A DNA stretch of 64,000 nt. It comes from Candidatus Cloacimonadales bacterium. Its GTDB lineage: Bacteria; Cloacimonadota; Cloacimonadia; Cloacimonadales; JAFGVF01. Positions 59,722 to 64,000 of this stretch are shown here, piece after piece; position 1 is the first letter of the stretch, and the number at the start of each line of letters is the position of its first letter. The notes under the pieces are model-generated. The model was not told the DNA's origin. It was given only the letters and a program-made list of their open reading frames with translations, and made no database searches. The stretch is from assembly GCA_963663475.2 (NCBI GenBank), contig CAXXJV010000001.1:160001-224000 (forward strand), in the 5' to 3' direction. The position numbers were made by a program, and so were the translations under genes.

Positions 59722-62700
59722 TTATTTCATTAGAATTGCTTTATTAGTAAAGGTCTTATTTCCTGATTTCATAAGAGTGAAATAAATTCCTGATGCAACA
59801 TCTTTATTATCACTATCCTTACCATTCCAAACAACATTTTGTTTGATATTTGGAGTTTCGACTTTACCATTAAATACTCTCTTTACCAGCTGACCCTTAA
59901 TGTTATAAACATCAATTGTTACAACTTGTGGTTGAGCAACTGAGAAAGATATAGTAGTAGAAGGGTTAAATGGATTTGGGTAGTTCCCTATAAGCTGAGT
60001 ACCAAGAAGTACTTCTCCAATATCATAGTCATTTTCTTCAGATATTTTAATTGTTACTGGACCAAACATTTCAGAGCTTCCATCAAAATCAACAGTTTGA
60101 AGCCAATAGTAATAGCTTGAATTCATCTCTACTTCATCATCAGTAAATGAATAACTTGCACCTGTTGGTGAATTACTTGCTTCAATCATAGTTGCAGTAA
60201 CTCTTAAAGCTTGGTCTTGATTATCATTTTCTCCTCTAAAGAGATTATATCCTAAAACTTCAGATTCAGATGCTGTTACCCAGTTTATTTGAGCAAACTT
60301 ATTGCTTGTTTGCACAGCATTAAAGGAAGCCAAGGTTACAGGAAGAGTTTCATCAATACCAGGAACAAATTCAGAGAAAGTGTCTAGACCTGAGATTGTT
60401 ACCTTACTACCATTCCAGCTTAAAGAAGCACCTAAATTTATTACATCTACCCAGTCTTCAGAACCATCAGCTCTCTTAAAGAATCTTACTAAACCATAGT
60501 TAGTTATTCCTAATCCGGCTAGGTCAAAGGTAATAATATAAGAACCTGGATCTTCAACTGATGATTCTACTCTCCAAGTACGTGGTAAGAAAGAATCCAT
60601 TGTTTCAGGAAGACCATTATCATTTGTTGGTAATGATGGACGCATAAAGATCTGAAGTGAGAATCCAGCAGGATTTGGGTTAGTGAATTCTAACTCAACA
60701 TTTTCATCATTGAAAACGAATGGATCTGTTGGAGAACCACCGGCTGGGATAGTTACCTCAGGAGCATTTCCGAAGAATATGTTATCTATATCGAAATAAT
60801 AGTCATCATGATCATCATCTGCATCTGGACCTACCCATTCCATTTCAAATCTGAAGATAGCAGTTTGACCTGCATAAGCTCCGATGTCAATAGTGTAGTT
60901 TGTCATATCTTGGGTAGAAGTATGATTTAGACTATTAATTTGGTCAATAGCAGTGAAACTTACTCCGTTATCAGTAGATACTTTAGCGACGAAATAGTCA
61001 TGTTCAGCCATAAATGCAGTAGCAGATAGACTAGAAAAATTTACAAGTCTATAATCAAAATTTATCACAGAGTTTTCTGTTATATTATTCATAGATTGGA
61101 ATTGAGCAAAAGCACTTGTAGCAACAGTATAAACATTCTTATAAAGGACATTACTTTCATTTCCATGACTGTTAGTAACCAACATATTATGACTTGTAAT
61201 GTAAGAAGAAGGAACAGTTGTTGAACCCTCAAAATTCAAAGAAACAGGCATAGCAATTGTTGGGTCAGGAATAGTGGTAAATGACCAAATTTCTATACCT
61301 TCAGTAGCATCTCCTACTACATTATAAGGAACAACTTTCCAATAATATGTTGTTTCATAATCTAAACCAATATAAGGATAAGTAGTCCCTTCTTGATCGA
61401 CAGGAGTGATACCTGCAAAAGCATTATCTTCAGATAAATAGACTTTATATCCATCAGCATTATCAGCTGCCTGCCAGCTTAAGTTACCACTAAGAGCAAT
61501 TTCAGGAGCATTATCAGCAGGAGAAGTATAGCTAGTACCTAAAGGTGGATTACCAATAGTAGTAAATGACCATGTTTCTATGTTCTCAGGTAGTGTTGGA
61601 CCTGAACTGTTTTTACATACTACATACCAGTTGTATTCAGTATTTGTAGCTAAATCTGTTACTTCATGCTCTTCAACTGCTTCTACATTATCAAGAAGCT
61701 TAGTTAATGATTTGCTACCAGGAGTACCGAAGTATAAATCAATTGTTTCAGTATATTCTGGGTTTGTCCATTCAAGAGTTAAAGCAAGAGGCTGATCTAC
61801 AGCATCATCTGCAGGAGATGGGCTTGTTGCAGGACTTGGGATAGGCATATCGATAGCATTTATTGTTAGAGTATAATCGCCATTATTTGCCTCATAACCT
61901 GTTACAATAATGTAATAATCGCCAGCTGGGGATAAGGTTTCAAGCATTTCTGACCAAGTAGCTCTATCTCTTGATTTAGATTTAGCACCTCCTTGTCCTG
62001 CACTACTTTCATCATCATTATAATACCAAGCATCATTGGAGGAAGTAGCTTCATCTATTTGTTGATATGAGTTAAAAACATAGAGTTTTGTATCCCAAGC
62101 TGTTCCTTCTAAAGAAATGCTCAGCAACTTTTCACTAGGCAGAGTAAGTTGATAAACAACAGACTGGGATGAGCAGAAATCATAATATGTATCATAATTT
62201 GTAGTAGAACCTGTTTCGATAATCTCATCTGCTAAGGTAAGAACTATTGGGTCATTGTGATGATTTCCAGCAGGCATTACAAAACCTTCACCTGTAAGAG
62301 TTACTGAACTAACTTGTCTACTCTTACTTCCTAAGTCATCTGTTATATCTAAAGAAGCACTTCTGGCTCCCTCTGCTGTAGGAGTAAAATCAACCTGGAT
62401 TACTAACTCTTGTCCAGTTGTAAGAGCCCATGGACCTTCAGTGTCTGTTTGGTAAGCAAAATCTCCTGCATTTGTGCCAGAAATTGCTATATCAGTAATA
62501 TTTAAAGTGCCTGCGCCTGTGTTAGATATTGAGACTAAATCACTCCCTGTTTCACCGACATTGACGGTTCCAAAATCTAATTCAGTATCAGAAAGAGTGG
62601 CGATTGGGTCAGCTGGAGCTTCTTCAATGATAAACCCATCGACATAAGTATTTTTCATTCCATAATCACTAACAGCTTCAAGTTTAACAAATCTAACATC

Positions 62701-63753
62701 TACGTTAATCAAATTAGAGCTCTCAATCCAAGTTGTTGTTCCTGAACCATATACTTCAATATCTTCAACCAATAACCATTCACCTTCTAACTCTTTAGTA
62801 TATACTTTCAAATGAGCAGGGGAAGAGGAACCATCATTATTCCACCAGTAGAATTTTACTAGAGGAGCTGTCATTCCTGATAAATCTAATTCAGGTGTTT
62901 CCATTGATCCAGTTGTTCCATTTGAATAATCATAGTTATTAAACATGGCAGCATAAGTTCCTGCATAAATATTATCTACTCCTGGACCATGGTCTGTTCC
63001 ATCATCTTGCAACCAAGTACCAGTTCCAGACTCTGGATTTAATACCCAGCCTGTAGGTGGCCACATTTCAAAGCCTTGCTCGTAAGGAAATTCTGATATT
63101 GCTTCAAATGGAGTAGTGAAGCTATTGACATTACTTTCAACCTCAATTGTAGTTGGACCTACTGCAACCACTTTCCAGTAATATAATGTACCAGTTTCAA
63201 GACCACTATAGTTGTAGGGGGATGTTGCATTTTCCTCTGTAATTATAGCATCTGTAAATTCTGCATTATCTGCAAGATATAATGTTGCTGTGTTAGTATT
63301 CTCTCCAATTGTCCATTCTAAATTCCCATCAGTAGCAACTGCTGTTGCACCATCAGCTGGTGATTCTAAAACAGGAGCATCAGGTGTGCCAGGGATAACA
63401 GCAGGTACAGTGTAGTTTACATCACCTGGGGTAACTCCACCTTGTCCCGATTGAGCTACAACTTCTCCACTCTCATTTTTGATTTGATATTCATTTTCTG
63501 TTGACCAATAACCAGTTGAAGTATAATCAGCTTCGATAAAGTCCCCTTGTTCAACAGTAAACGAGTGTGATTGAGGACCTGCACCACTGGATAATGTTAT
63601 ATCTTCTAAAATAGGGCTTCCGTTAACACTAACTGTAACGTAACCATCCCACCCATCACCATAGCTATCCACTAATTCAATTGTGTAGTCTAATGAAAAA
63701 ATAGTCATTGTTGCTACTAAGAACAATAATAAAAATAAATGTTTCTTTTTCAA
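59722..63753 (-). CDS. Large secreted modular protein with C-terminal FlgD-Ig/T9SS-type domain, 1343 aa
   Basis: TTG start after AAGGAG; signal peptide; core shared with the 1738- and 2226-aa paralogs; NYPNPFNP...YNIKGQLVK...WNGKD...SGIYF tail. Confidence 0.87.
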   Translation of the reverse strand: MKKKHLFLLLFLVATMTIFSLDYTIELVDSYGDGWDGYVTVSVNGSPILEDITLSSGAGPQSHSFTVEQGDFIEADYTSTGYWSTENEYQIKNESGEVVAQSGQGGVTPGDVNYTVPAVIPGTPDAPVLESPADGATAVATDGNLEWTIGENTNTATLYLADNAEFTDAIITEENATSPYNYSGLETGTLYYWKVVAVGPTTIEVESNVNSFTTPFEAISEFPYEQGFEMWPPTGWVLNPESGTGTWLQDDGTDHGPGVDNIYAGTYAAMFNNYDYSNGTTGSMETPELDLSGMTAPLVKFYWWNNDGSSSPAHLKVYTKELEGEWLLVEDIEVYGSGTTTWIESSNLINVDVRFVKLEAVSDYGMKNTYVDGFIIEEAPADPIATLSDTELDFGTVNVGETGSDLVSISNTGAGTLNITDIAISGTNAGDFAYQTDTEGPWALTTGQELVIQVDFTPTAEGARSASLDITDDLGSKSRQVSSVTLTGEGFVMPAGNHHNDPIVLTLADEIIETGSTTNYDTYYDFCSSQSVVYQLTLPSEKLLSISLEGTAWDTKLYVFNSYQQIDEATSSNDAWYYNDDESSAGQGGAKSKSRDRATWSEMLETLSPAGDYYIIVTGYEANNGDYTLTINAIDMPIPSPATSPSPADDAVDQPLALTLEWTNPEYTETIDLYFGTPGSKSLTKLLDNVEAVEEHEVTDLATNTEYNWYVVCKNSSGPTLPENIETWSFTTIGNPPLGTSYTSPADNAPEIALSGNLSWQAADNADGYKVYLSEDNAFAGITPVDQEGTTYPYIGLDYETTYYWKVVPYNVVGDATEGIEIWSFTTIPDPTIAMPVSLNFEGSTTVPSSYITSHNMLVTNSHGNESNVLYKNVYTVATSAFAQFQSMNNITENSVINFDYRLVNFSSLSATAFMAEHDYFVAKVSTDNGVSFTAIDQINSLNHTSTQDMTNYTIDIGAYAGQTAIFRFEMEWVGPDADDDHDDYYFDIDNIFFGNAPEVTIPAGGSPTDPFVFNDENVELEFTNPNPAGFSLQIFMRPSLPTNDNGLPETMDSFLPRTWRVESSVEDPGSYIITFDLAGLGITNYGLVRFFKRADGSEDWVDVINLGASLSWNGSKVTISGLDTFSEFVPGIDETLPVTLASFNAVQTSNKFAQINWVTASESEVLGYNLFRGENDNQDQALRVTATMIEASNSPTGASYSFTDDEVEMNSSYYYWLQTVDFDGSSEMFGPVTIKISEENDYDIGEVLLGTQLIGNYPNPFNPSTTISFSVAQPQVVTIDVYNIKGQLVKRVFNGKVETPNIKQNVVWNGKDSDNKDVASGIYFTLMKSGNKTFTNKAILMK

Positions 63754-64000
63754 AATTTCTTCTCCTTTATATTACTTAGTGTTAAAAAAGAATGTATCAG
63801 ATTGAGTAAAGATTACTTTTCTAGTGGTGAGTAGGTAATCTTAAATAATCAAACTAATACTAGTAATTAAATTTATATTAATCATTAGACAATAATATGT
63901 TAAGATTTAAGACTGTCAAATACTTTTTTTAATTATTAATTACAATTAATCTTTTCTTCTTCGTATCTTCGTGCCTTTGTATGACATGCGGGTTGGAATT

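Noticed and set aside
1651-61795. Short antisense or nested ORFs overlapping long genes in the ORF track
   Set aside because: They are shadow frames of well-supported genes with no independent evidence.

Overview
AT-rich bacterial chromosomal window. The large secreted adhesin-like proteins with FlgD/T9SS-type tails suggest Candidatus Cloacimonadota; this is an inference. Bases 1-~13227 are the early region and probable left end of a Mu-like transposable prophage: Dam methylase, DUF3164, GemA-like protein, MuB-like ATPase, MuA-like DDE transposase, Ner-like protein, CI-like repressor, two nuclease-like cargo genes and end repeats. The remainder is host DNA: metK with a probable SAM-II riboswitch, an M23 peptidase, an olsB/olsA-like pair, ispF, five secreted modular proteins, FKBP, a deacetylase-asnB-flippase-xseA run, TetR, a thiouridylase-like gene, an MBL hydrolase and guaA. 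Intergenic DNA is full of several REP-like palindrome families, and one REP-associated tyrosine transposase (RAYT) is present. Two IS21 copies, one IS3 and one group II intron have all inserted into these repeats. The least explained signals are: (1) a GTGGTG(A)-loop hairpin in the leader of every large secreted-protein transcription unit; (2) REP elements inserted in frame within prophage genes; (3) a group II intron sitting at the foot of a REP hairpin next to the RAYT; (4) twelve TGCACWTTG boxes inside the transposase gene; (5) a perfect 31-bp palindrome upstream of a small basic protein with an HMG-box-like pattern; (6) candidate defence cargo downstream of the repressor. All family calls come from motif recognition by eye; no searches were run.
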